DNA of 64,000 bases. It comes from an uncultured Actinomycetes bacterium. Lineage in GTDB: Bacteria > Actinomycetota > Thermoleophilia > UBA2241. Below are positions 37,105 through 46,140 of the stretch, in pieces (position 1 is the stretch's first letter; every line of letters starts with the position of its first letter). Where the stretch lies: positions 29,910-93,909 of the forward strand of contig CAVWIH010000015.1 of the NCBI GenBank assembly GCA_963755025.1, given 5' to 3'. The position numbers were made by a program, and so were the translations under genes. Under the pieces are notes generated by a model, which had not been told where the DNA came from, ran no database searches, and saw nothing but the letters and a program-made list of their open reading frames with translations.

Positions 37105-39497
37105 GGTTGCCGACCGGCCGAAGACGGTAGCGACGCCCTGTCGAGCACACCGTGGTCTGGGGACTGGCCCTCGCGACTCGCAAAGAGTGGAGACAGGCGG
37201 CAGAGCACGGTCCCGTGGCTTGCATAGACCACGACCCAATCGGGGCTGGCGAGAAGCAGAGAGCGCCAGGCTGCGGATTGTCGGAGTGACTGCAGGCCGT
37301 ATTCGTAGGCGTACTCCGACTGTGCCGGCGACCACCGCACGTAGAGCTCGCTGGCGGTGCGGCTGTTCGTGGGTCCGACCAGACGCTCGTAGGAGTCGGT
37401 GAGCGCCACGAGGTCGGCGGCGACCGGCGGTCCGGAGAGCTGTGTAGCCACGCCGGGCAGCGACTGGCCCAGTGTCGTGAGGTCGATGAAGTGCCTGGTC
37501 GATGGCAGGCTCTGCACGCTGCTCGGCAGGTCGCCGTAGCCGATGTTCATGAGGTAGGAGTCCGCGGGGGCTTGGCTTTCGAAGGCCCGCAGCGACTGCA
37601 GGTCGGACGGGCGTACGACGTTCGCGGCGTCCAGGCTGAAGCTCGCAACCAGGAATGTGCCCAGCAGCAGCAGCGTGACGGCGCAGAAGCCTGCCAGTAC
37701 ACGCCTGCCGGGTGGACGATCTATGGCCCGTGCGGCGACGACGGCCAGCCACGGAATCCCGAACAGGGCGGCGCGAAAGATGCCTTCGTTGCCGTAGGGG
37801 TTGATCGCGACACAGAACAATCCGGCGCCGGCGCTCGCCATGAACGCCCAGGCCCAAGTCTCCCGGCGGTGCCGCATGAACCCGACGAGCGCAAGCGCGA
37901 TCAGCACAAGGAGTCCGAGTAGGAGGGCAGAGGAGCTCAGGCCGACGATGGCCTGGCGGCCGAGTCCGGGTGCGGCCACCGTCTTTGGCGGCGTGAAGTT
38001 CGACAGGTGCAAGAGATGGGGCAGCGAGATGTAGCCCGACAGGACGTGGTAGTCCACCAGCGCCCAGGCAACGGCCGGCACGAGCACTGCAGCCGCCGAC
38101 CAGCGTGGCCGGGTGCGCCCGTAGAGCGTGAGGGCGACCAGCACGCCGCCCGCGACAAAGGGGCTGAGCTCGTGGGTGATCGCCAAGGCGCAGCCCGCGA
38201 AGCAAAGCAATGCGGCGCGCATCCGGTGGTCGACGCCGAGCGGCTCTGTGCCGGCCACCGCGAGGCCGTAGATGCCCAGCGCCATGACGAGGCCGACCGA
38301 CTGAGGCGAGAAATAGTCGGCGCCGATCGCGTTGACGAGCACGACGATCGTGATCGCGGCCCAACAGCGAAAGCTCGAGCGGTTCAGGCGCCCGAAGAGA
38401 AACCGCAGTTCGACCAGGCCGACGAGGCCGATGATCGCCGGCCAGTACGTAGCCAGGCCGATCGGGTCGGAGACGTGCGCGACGGCACACACCCAGGCGA
38501 CGCCGGCGAAGAACGCCGAGTAGGCGGCGTAGATCCCGGTGCCGGTGCTCAGGTGGTGATGCGCCAGAACGAGCTGCACGAGTTCAACGTGCTTGGCTGC
38601 CGACTGACAGCGGGGCATGGCATAGACCAGGGCGGGGGTGACGGTCAGCGCCAGCAAGAGCGACACGACGGCGAGTGCGGCGTAGATCTCGCGTCCGCCC
38701 CGCCCCAGGACGGCGGCTCCGATCAAAGCGACCAAGCCGGCATACCAGACCGGGGGGATGCGCACGAGAAATCCACCGAGCCCCGGGGTGAGGTGGCCGA
38801 CCCAGAGCGCTGCGCCGACCCACGCTGCGGTGCCGGCGACGGTGAGGATCGCCGAGGGGGTCCCCCGGCCCGGCAGGCCACCCAGCGGGGACGCGAAGCG
38901 CACACGGCGGGCCACCCTGCGTGCGGCGGCGAGATCGGCAAGAGCTCGCGGGACGGCCACGACATTGAGCGCGGCGGCCACCGTCGCGACGAGAGCGCCC
39001 CATAGAAGGGGATGCCAAGCGCCGCCCCACGGCTCCAGGACCATGATCGCGCCGCCCGACGTCATCACGGAGAGCCCGGTCAGCCCGGCCACACCGAGCC
39101 TCACGGCGAGGTTCGGCCCACGGGCAAGCTGCAGCGGTGCGGCGCCGACGCCGAAGAACAGGACGCCCAGTGCGCCAGCGAGCGCGGCAGGGGCCGACTC
39201 GACACTGCGGCCGAAGGCCAGGAGAGCGAGGCAGGCCGCGAACATCACCGCAAGGCCGATTCGCATGCGCGCGCTCGAGCGCAGCTCGGCCGCGGTGAGG
39301 GCGTGCGCCGGAGGCTCGTTGGGCCGGCGACGCAGGCGCTGCAGGTCGACGCGCGAGCCGTTGTGTCCGGCGGTGTGAGCCATGAGCTCCTGGCCGTCAG
39401 CGAAGCGCTCGCCGCAGCGCGAGCAGGTGAAGACGACCGAGGCGTTCCTCGCCGCTCGTGCGGGCTTCTTGGCCCTCTGCCGACGGGACGCGCTCAT
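37101..39497 (-). CDS. Polytopic membrane protein (putative GT-C glycosyltransferase / polymerase) with N-terminal C2H2 zinc finger
   Basis: ATGA overlap with the upstream GT2; FTCSRCGERFADGQELMAHTAGH; many TMs with ADYFSPQS, THELSP and YGNEGIFRA motifs. Confidence 0.75.
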   Translation of the reverse strand: MSASRRQRAKKPARAARNASVVFTCSRCGERFADGQELMAHTAGHNGSRVDLQRLRRRPNEPPAHALTAAELRSSARMRIGLAVMFAACLALLAFGRSVESAPAALAGALGVLFFGVGAAPLQLARGPNLAVRLGVAGLTGLSVMTSGGAIMVLEPWGGAWHPLLWGALVATVAAALNVVAVPRALADLAAARRVARRVRFASPLGGLPGRGTPSAILTVAGTAAWVGAALWVGHLTPGLGGFLVRIPPVWYAGLVALIGAAVLGRGGREIYAALAVVSLLLALTVTPALVYAMPRCQSAAKHVELVQLVLAHHHLSTGTGIYAAYSAFFAGVAWVCAVAHVSDPIGLATYWPAIIGLVGLVELRFLFGRLNRSSFRCWAAITIVVLVNAIGADYFSPQSVGLVMALGIYGLAVAGTEPLGVDHRMRAALLCFAGCALAITHELSPFVAGGVLVALTLYGRTRPRWSAAAVLVPAVAWALVDYHVLSGYISLPHLLHLSNFTPPKTVAAPGLGRQAIVGLSSSALLLGLLVLIALALVGFMRHRRETWAWAFMASAGAGLFCVAINPYGNEGIFRAALFGIPWLAVVAARAIDRPPGRRVLAGFCAVTLLLLGTFLVASFSLDAANVVRPSDLQSLRAFESQAPADSYLMNIGYGDLPSSVQSLPSTRHFIDLTTLGQSLPGVATQLSGPPVAADLVALTDSYERLVGPTNSRTASELYVRWSPAQSEYAYEYGLQSLRQSAAWRSLLLASPDWVVVYASHGTVLCRLSPLFASREGQSPDHGVLDRASLPSSAGRQP

Positions 39498-40807
39498 GAC
39501 GGTCTGCCGACGCCCCCGGCAGCGCTCCGGCCGCGCAGGTAGGCGTACGGTCCCACGACCAGGCCGCCGAGCTCGCAAGCGGGGAGGTAACGGCTCACCG
39601 CGGCTTGGCCGGCGGCCGTCCGCGAGCGGCGCGCCAGAAAGACCAGGCGGGCGGCGGCGGCGAACAGGCGAGCTGCCACCCGGCGCCGCGAGCCGGGCGC
39701 GACCAGGTGCTTGAACCAGTAGGCCGACAGGCCCTTGCCGTAGGAGTACATCTGGCGGCCGAGGTCGGCCTGGGCGACGCGGTGCTCGTGCCAGGCCAGG
39801 GCGGCCGGCTCGTAGCTCAGGCGGTAGCCTGCGAGCAGTACCCGTACGAACGCATCGAGGTCTTCGCCGCCGCCCGCCGGCGAGCCGGCGCCCAGGCGCT
39901 CGTCGAAGCCGCCGATCGCACGCAACGCGGCCGCCCGGAACGCCATCGTCGCGCCCGTGCCGAACGCGCCCGCCCCGTAGGGGTGCAGGCGTGAGTCGTG
40001 CGGCCCGCGGGCAACGTCGAAGAGGCGGTGCTGGCAGCTGGCCGACCACGAGACCCGGGCGTCGAAGTACTGCGCGCTGGGCAGCTCGAGGGAGGCGCTC
40101 GCCACGAGGCCGGTGACGCAGCCCACGTCGGGCCGGCGCAGAAAGCCGCGGACCAGGGCGGCCACCCAGAGGCGGTCGACGCGCACGTCGTCGTCGGTGA
40201 AGGCGAGCAGCTCGGCGGTGGCTTCACGCGCCCCGCGGTTGCGGGCGCGCGACAGCCCGGGCCGGTCTTCGCGCACGTAGCGGAACCGCTGGTCCGTTTG
40301 CTGCAGGTCGGCTACCAGACGCGTCGTTGCGTCGCATATGGGGGCGTTGTCGACCACGACGATCTCAAGGGCGTCGTGGTCGACAACGCGCAAGGCTTCG
40401 AGGCAGCGCGCCAGGGCCGCCGGGCGCTCCCTGGTGCACACCACGACACTGACGGGCGTCTTGCGTGTGGCAGCCGGCCAATGCACGCCGACATCGTGAG
40501 CGCCGCTTTCAGGCGAGGCGGCCGGCGGCGACGCGCCGTTGTCAGGCGGAGCGGCGGTCCAGGTGGGCGTGACCGACCGCCGGAAGAGGCGGTGGTCGAG
40601 CCGGCCTTCGGTGAGCGGCAGCGTTACAAACCCGAGTGGCTCGCCGTGCTCCCGGACGAGCAGTCGGGCGTCGTCGAAGGGGGCGCCGTTCGTGGCGAGC
40701 AACGGGCCGCTGGGAGGGCCGTTACCGTCGAGGTCGACCAGACCGCTCCAGGTACGGTGCGCGGCCGGGGAGACCGGCGCAGGTGCGCGGTGTCGGTGCG
40801 GCCACAC
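39494..40807 (-). CDS. Glycosyltransferase family 2
   Basis: VSVVVCTRER, VVDNAP, GLSRARN, AFTDDD, GGGEDL. Confidence 0.92.
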   Translation of the reverse strand: MWPHRHRAPAPVSPAAHRTWSGLVDLDGNGPPSGPLLATNGAPFDDARLLVREHGEPLGFVTLPLTEGRLDHRLFRRSVTPTWTAAPPDNGASPPAASPESGAHDVGVHWPAATRKTPVSVVVCTRERPAALARCLEALRVVDHDALEIVVVDNAPICDATTRLVADLQQTDQRFRYVREDRPGLSRARNRGAREATAELLAFTDDDVRVDRLWVAALVRGFLRRPDVGCVTGLVASASLELPSAQYFDARVSWSASCQHRLFDVARGPHDSRLHPYGAGAFGTGATMAFRAAALRAIGGFDERLGAGSPAGGGEDLDAFVRVLLAGYRLSYEPAALAWHEHRVAQADLGRQMYSYGKGLSAYWFKHLVAPGSRRRVAARLFAAAARLVFLARRSRTAAGQAAVSRYLPACELGGLVVGPYAYLRGRSAAGGVGRPS

Positions 40808-40811
40808 GGTC

Positions 40812-41771
40812 TCAGGCGACGCTCGCGTGGGCCTGGCGGCCGCCTCGCGCCGTCACGTAGCCGCCGACCGTCACGCCCAGGCCGAGCGCGATCGCGACAG
40901 CCCGGCCGAGGCCGCCGGCGACCTGCCCGCGGCAGGCGTCGGTCAGTCCGCGCGCGATCCCGGCGGGCAGCGTGTGCACGATGTAGCGGCGCTCGCTGGC
41001 GAGGGCGGCCCCGCGGCCGACGCGGGCTTCGATCGTGGCCTTTGACCGGCCTTCGGCCCAGCAGCGCGCCAGGAAGTAGCGCCGGCTGAGGCGGCCGGGC
41101 GCGACCATGTGCGTCACCCGGGCGCGCGTCGTGTGCACGATCCGCGCTGCCGGGCGCCGCTGCCTGATGCGGATGGCGAGCTCGGTCTCCTCGCCGCCTT
41201 CGGGGCCGGCGCCGACGCGTCCGAGGCCCTCGCGAAAGCCGCCGGCGGCAAGCACGTCGGCGCGCCGAAAGGCCATGTTGGCGCCGATCGGGTTGCGCAA
41301 GGCGGCGCCGTGGTCGGGCAGTCCGCGGTAGCTGCAGCCCACCGTCCAGTCGAACTCCTCGGGCAGCCAGACCGGTCGCGCGCCCGTCGGCCAACACGGC
41401 GCGGTCGCGCCGCCGACGCCGGCCACGTCGGGTGCAGCGAACTGCACGAGCAGCTCGTGGAGCCAGTCGGGAGCGGCGCTCGCGTCGTCGTCGAGGAAGG
41501 CCACGATGTCGGTGGCCGACTCGTGGACCCCTGTGTTGCGCGCGCCGGACAGGCCGGGTGCGCCCGCGCTCGCGACCACGCAGACCTGGGGGAACCGGCC
41601 GCGGGCGCGCTCGAGGAGCGCGCGGTCGTGGTCGACGACCAAGACGATGCCGGTGGCCGGCCGCGTCTGGACGAGCACCGACTCGACGGCCCCTACGAGC
41701 TGCGCCCAGCGCGCCTCGGTGTAGGCGCAGATCACGACGCTCGCGGAGAGCGTGGTGGACGGCGAGTTCAA
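40812..41771 (-). CDS. Glycosyltransferase family 2
   Basis: SVVICAYT, VVDH, GLSGARNTG, AFLDDDA, GANMAFRR, GGEETEL; TTGA overlap with the upstream gene. Confidence 0.92.
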   Translation of the reverse strand: MNSPSTTLSASVVICAYTEARWAQLVGAVESVLVQTRPATGIVLVVDHDRALLERARGRFPQVCVVASAGAPGLSGARNTGVHESATDIVAFLDDDASAAPDWLHELLVQFAAPDVAGVGGATAPCWPTGARPVWLPEEFDWTVGCSYRGLPDHGAALRNPIGANMAFRRADVLAAGGFREGLGRVGAGPEGGEETELAIRIRQRRPAARIVHTTRARVTHMVAPGRLSRRYFLARCWAEGRSKATIEARVGRGAALASERRYIVHTLPAGIARGLTDACRGQVAGGLGRAVAIALGLGVTVGGYVTARGGRQAHASVA

Positions 41772-42661
41772 CGCGCGCTCACCCGGGCAGCAGGCGGGAC
41801 CGGGAGCCGGGAGCCGCTTTCGACGGCCACCGCGTCGCGCGCCGCGGCGCGTTTGCGTCGGCGCAGGCGGCGGCCGCGCTGCACCTCGACCAGGATGGTC
41901 CACAGCACGCGCAGCCCATCGCGCGGCGCGTTCAGGTTGCTCACGCCGTGCACGCGCGACAGCTCGTGGCTCGGGACCTCGACCACTGCGAGCCCGGCGT
42001 CGGCGACCCGCAGGTGGATGAGCGTTTCGATCTCGAAGCCGTCGCCCCACGGGCAGCGCTCGGCGCCGGGCACGGGCGGAGTCTCCCAGTCGAGGTCGAG
42101 AACCGGCAGGCAGCTCGCCGCCCAGAAGGCGTTGTAGCCGTAGCAGAGGTCGGTGTAGCCGCTGCCGCAAAGGGTGTTGACGACGAAGCCGAGAAAGCGG
42201 TTGCCCGCGGAGCGCAGCAGGGTGAGATCGTCGCTGCCACCGCCTTCGAGGCCGCGGCTGCCTTTGGCGAAGTCGGCGCCCGCGACCAGGGCGTCGACGA
42301 AGCGCGCGATCTCGGCGGGGTCGGCCGAGCCGTCTGCGTCGAGCATGACGATGACGTCGCCGCGGCACGCGGCGAAGCCGCAAGCCAGGGCGTTGCCCTT
42401 ACCGGTGCGGGTCTGGGCCACGACGCGCACGTCGGGACGAAGGCGTCGGGCCACCTTTATCGTCTCGTCATCGGAGGCGCCGTCGACAAGGACGACCTCG
42501 AAGAGACCGGTGGGCAGGCTGGGCAGCAGGGCCTCGAGGTTCTGGGCCTCGTTGCGAGCGGGAATGACCACGCTCACGCGCGGCGCGGCGGGGAGCGGCG
42601 CGGTCGCGAGGCGCTGTTCGGGCGCCCTCGTGCGGACGAGCGCCGTGCGATCGGGGGTCAC
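41768..42661 (-). CDS. Glycosyltransferase family 2 (DPM1-like polyprenol-phosphate glycosyltransferase)
   Basis: VSVVIPARNE, VDGASDD, GKGNAL, MLDADGS, TDLCYGY, GFEIET; start uncertain. Confidence 0.9.
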   Translation of the reverse strand: MTPDRTALVRTRAPEQRLATAPLPAAPRVSVVIPARNEAQNLEALLPSLPTGLFEVVLVDGASDDETIKVARRLRPDVRVVAQTRTGKGNALACGFAACRGDVIVMLDADGSADPAEIARFVDALVAGADFAKGSRGLEGGGSDDLTLLRSAGNRFLGFVVNTLCGSGYTDLCYGYNAFWAASCLPVLDLDWETPPVPGAERCPWGDGFEIETLIHLRVADAGLAVVEVPSHELSRVHGVSNLNAPRDGLRVLWTILVEVQRGRRLRRRKRAAARDAVAVESGSRLPVPPAARVSAR

Positions 42662-42907
42662 GGCTTTGACCTGTGCGGCGACGCAGGCGTCGTTGTGAGG
42701 ATAGACTGTCGGGCGACGACCACGGGGACCCGCCTTTCGAAGTACGCGTCTTAGGCAAATAACACGACGGCTCACTACCGTTGTCGGCGTTTCGAGCGCC
42801 AACCTTCGGTAAAAGCAGTCCGAGAGCGTAACCAGGACTGTATACGGCTGGATCGCCAAGCCGCGGTGACCGGCGCCCGGGACGAGGTCGGAGGGGCGCT
42901 GCCGGCG

Positions 42908-44272
42908 CTAGCCGCCGTCGATGACGCGCTGCAGCCCGAGGCGGCGCGACCACGCCACGCTGTCGAGGTAGCGGGCCGGGCCGCGTAGCATGCCGCGACG
43001 CTCCAGGCGCGCGAGCTCCGGCGGGATGGTCGTCGCAGGGTCGCGAGCTTGCGTCGCGCGCGCCCGGCGCAGGCTCCAGGCCACCGGCACCGAGCGCACC
43101 GCCGCGCCGGCGAAGCGCCGGTCGTGCAGGAGCGCCTTGGTGAGGATCGCGGTGAAGCCCACGCCGTAATTGAAGACCTGGCGTCGCAGGGCCTCGTCGT
43201 CGCGGCGGTGCTCGTGCCAGCAGAGCGCGCGAGGCTCGTACACCAGGCGCGCGCCGCGCAGGACAACCGCACTCAGCGCGTCGATGTCGGCGCCGGCGAG
43301 GGCCCGGCTGCCGGCGCCGAGCGCCGGATCGAAGCCGCCGGCCGCAACGAGCGCCTGGCGTCGGATGGCCATGCAATTGCCCGACCCGAACACGCCGCCC
43401 CAGAAGGGGTAGAGCAGACGGTGGTCGGCGCGGTCGCCGTGCAGGTCGAACTCGCTGCGCCGCACGCCCTTGGCAAAGCCTCCGTACAACTCGAAGCGCT
43501 TCTGGGCCGGTGTCGCGAGCTCGAGCGGCATCACCAGTCCGGTCGTGGCGCCGACCTCGGCACGAGCAAACGGCGCCACAAGCATGCGCAGCCAGTCGCG
43601 CTCTACCACCACGTCGTCGTCGGTGAAGGCCACGACGCCGGCTGTGACCTGCGCCACGCCGCGGTTGCGCGCCACCGAGCTGCCCGGCCGCGGCTCGGCG
43701 ACGTACCGCATTTGGTGCCGCGAGCGCGCCGCCGCGACCTCGACGACGAGCTTGGTCTCTTGGGAGCGGGGCTGGTTATCGACGACCACGATCTCGCACG
43801 CCGGCCCGGACTGCTCGGCAAGCGCGGCGAGGCAGCGGCGCAATTGGGCGGGCCGTCCGCCGGTCGGCACTATGACGGCGACCGTGTCGGGAGTCGCGCC
43901 GAGGGTCGGCCTGACGGCCGGGTCGCCATCGCCACAACACGCGATGTCGGCGAAGCCTGTCGGCGGCGTGCCGCCGGCTCGCGCCGCGTGCTCGCGCAAC
44001 GGGCCGGCCAGGTGCGCCCAGAGCAGCTCGGACAGCTCGGTACGAGGCAGCTCCTCGAAGGGGCGGTCGAGGTAGACGACGTCGAGCGGCTGCCCGTGAA
44101 GCCGCACCAGGAGGAGAGTATCTCGGCAGGGCTTGCCGGAGGCGCCGGCCGGCGGCACCGTGGCGGCGAGGCCGTGGTCGAGGTCAAGCAGCGCCAGGGC
44201 GGTCGGCTCGTCGTGTGTGAACGGCTCGAGCGGCAGTCCGCCCGGCGTTCGTCCACTTGCGTCTGCCGACAC
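42908..44272 (-). CDS. Glycosyltransferase family 2 (paralogue of 39494-40807)
   Basis: VIVPT, VVDNQP, SVARNRG, AFTDDDV, GSGNCMA; RBS GAGGGAG. Confidence 0.9.
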   Translation of the reverse strand: MSADASGRTPGGLPLEPFTHDEPTALALLDLDHGLAATVPPAGASGKPCRDTLLLVRLHGQPLDVVYLDRPFEELPRTELSELLWAHLAGPLREHAARAGGTPPTGFADIACCGDGDPAVRPTLGATPDTVAVIVPTGGRPAQLRRCLAALAEQSGPACEIVVVDNQPRSQETKLVVEVAAARSRHQMRYVAEPRPGSSVARNRGVAQVTAGVVAFTDDDVVVERDWLRMLVAPFARAEVGATTGLVMPLELATPAQKRFELYGGFAKGVRRSEFDLHGDRADHRLLYPFWGGVFGSGNCMAIRRQALVAAGGFDPALGAGSRALAGADIDALSAVVLRGARLVYEPRALCWHEHRRDDEALRRQVFNYGVGFTAILTKALLHDRRFAGAAVRSVPVAWSLRRARATQARDPATTIPPELARLERRGMLRGPARYLDSVAWSRRLGLQRVIDGG

Positions 44273-44434
44273 GATCTCCCCTCTCGTCTGTAGTACGGGC
44301 TGTGACTCGTGTGGTATCGGTCGGCGACCGCCTTACCATGACAAGACAGCGCCCTTGTGCGAATGTGTGCGACGGTGGTATACAGTGTGCGATTGGCCAC
44401 GCTGCAGGTAGGCGGGCCGTGGATCGGAGGGCGC

Positions 44435-45013
44435 ATGGCGAAGGAGACCACCGCGAAGTCCGGGCGCCCGCCGCTTGCCGGCGCTACCGCGCTGCGTGCG
44501 CGAGCGCTCAGCCTGGGTGCGAGCGACGCCGCCGCGCTCGCGGGGGCGGCGGTCGCCACCGCTGAGTGGGTGCGCATGAAGTGCCTGTACGGCGGCTGTA
44601 CGACCGGGCGCTGCCTTACCTGCCCGCCCTACTCGCCCGAGCCAGCCCGCACGCGGGTGCTGCTCGACGAGTATCGCACCGTCATGCTCCTGCGCCTCGA
44701 CGTGGCGCCGGCCCAGGCCGGCGAATGGCTCACCTGGAGCCGCCGCCTGGCCGGTATCGCCCTCGACCTCGAGCGCGAGCTGTTCCTCGACGGCCGCTAC
44801 CGGGCCTTCGCCATCGCCGGTGGCCGGCCGTGCGACTTAGACGAGCCCTGCGGACGGCCCGAGCGGTGCGACGTGCGCGCGCTCGTCAGGCCGGGACCGG
44901 CGGGCTGCGGCATCGACATCTTCGCCACCGCCGCCAACGCCGGCTGGCCGCTCGAGGTCGTGCGCGGCGCCGACGACCCCTATCACCTTTTCGCGCTCGT
45001 CCTGGTCGACTAG
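44435..45013 (+). CDS. DUF2284 family predicted metal-binding protein
   Basis: WVRMKCLYGGC...CLTCPPYSP, LERELFLDG, C..C...C, GIDIFAT..NAG, ALVLVD; RBS GGAGG. Confidence 0.8.
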   Translation: MAKETTAKSGRPPLAGATALRARALSLGASDAAALAGAAVATAEWVRMKCLYGGCTTGRCLTCPPYSPEPARTRVLLDEYRTVMLLRLDVAPAQAGEWLTWSRRLAGIALDLERELFLDGRYRAFAIAGGRPCDLDEPCGRPERCDVRALVRPGPAGCGIDIFATAANAGWPLEVVRGADDPYHLFALVLVD

Positions 45014-45130
45014 GCGCGCCACGAAGTCACGCACGCCTGAGCGGCGACGACGCAGTCGGATCGACGGTACTAGGCGCGCCACGAAGTCACGCACGCCTGA
45101 GCGGCGACGACGCAGTCGGATCGACGGTAC
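45009..45130 (+). repeat. Exact 60-bp tandem duplication
   Basis: 45009-45068 is identical to 45069-45128 and fills almost the whole intergenic gap. Confidence 0.95.
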
Positions 45131-45145
45131 CAGGATGCGCCGCCC

Positions 45146-46018
45146 ATGACCCCGATCGCCAAGATCCAGCGCGAGCACGGCATCATCGGCCGCGAGCGCG
45201 AGCTGGCCACCGCCCTGGCCGTGCTGCGCGTCGGGCGCCACCTGCTGCTCGAGGGACCGGTGGGCGTGGGCAAGACGACGGTCGCCCTGGCGGTGTGCTC
45301 TCATCTGGGTCGCGCCACGGTGCGCGTCGACGGCGACGACCGCTACTCCGAGAGCAAGCTCACCGGCTGGTTCGACCCGCCGCTCGTGCTGAAGCTCGGC
45401 TACGGCGAGCAGTCGTTCTTTGCCGGGCCACTCGTCGAAGCCATGCGCACCGGCTCCGTGCTGTTCATCAACGAGCTCAACCGCATGCCCGAGTCGGTGC
45501 AGAACGTGCTCCTGCCGGCGCTCGACGAGCGCCTGCTGCAGGTACCCCACGTGGGCGAGGTGCGCGCCGCCGACGGCTTTCAGGTGGTCGCCACCCAGAA
45601 CCCGGTGGAGTACGTGGCCACCGGTCACCTCTCCGAAGCCTTGCGCGACCGGTTCGAGCACCTCGCGCTGCCCTACCAGTCGGCCGCCGACGAAGAGGCC
45701 ATCGTGGCCGCGGCGACGGGCTGCGCCGACCCAGTGCTGGTGCGCACGGCGGTGCGCCTCACGCGAGCCACGCGCAGCCATCCGCGCTTTCGCAAGGGGG
45801 CGTCGGTGCGCGCCGCGATAGCGACCGTCGCGCTGGCGCCGGGCTTTGCCGGCGACACGGCCCTGCGCTGCGCCGCCGAGGCGGCGCTGGCCACGCGCGT
45901 CGAGCTGCGAGACGATCTCGACGGCGACTTCGCCACGGCGCTCGACGAGCTCTTTGCGGCGGTCGTCACGCGTGGTGAAGACCCCGACGCCGAGCCGGGA
46001 GCGACCCCAAAAGCCTGA
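45146..46018 (+). CDS. MoxR family AAA+ ATPase
   Basis: LLEGPVGVGKTT, LFINELNR (Walker B with N for D), ATQNPVE, LSEALRDRF, GASVRA. Confidence 0.9.
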   Translation: MTPIAKIQREHGIIGRERELATALAVLRVGRHLLLEGPVGVGKTTVALAVCSHLGRATVRVDGDDRYSESKLTGWFDPPLVLKLGYGEQSFFAGPLVEAMRTGSVLFINELNRMPESVQNVLLPALDERLLQVPHVGEVRAADGFQVVATQNPVEYVATGHLSEALRDRFEHLALPYQSAADEEAIVAAATGCADPVLVRTAVRLTRATRSHPRFRKGASVRAAIATVALAPGFAGDTALRCAAEAALATRVELRDDLDGDFATALDELFAAVVTRGEDPDAEPGATPKA

Positions 46019-46140
46019 GCGCCTCCGGCGGGGCGCGCCGCTCCGATCCGCCGGCTCGCGCCCCACGGGAGCCGGCGCCGCAGGCGCCGGCTCCTGGCGA
46101 CGCCGCGCTGCAGCGCGCGGCGCTGTCGGCGCGGCTCGGC

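Noticed and set aside
42662-42907. c-di-GMP riboswitch in the AT-richer gap inside the polysaccharide cluster
   Set aside because: Small hairpins are present, but the GGCAAAC...GAAA...GACGCAAAG core is missing; more likely an internal promoter region.
45009-45130. Possible CRISPR array
   Set aside because: Two identical 60-bp units with no unique spacers and no cas genes.
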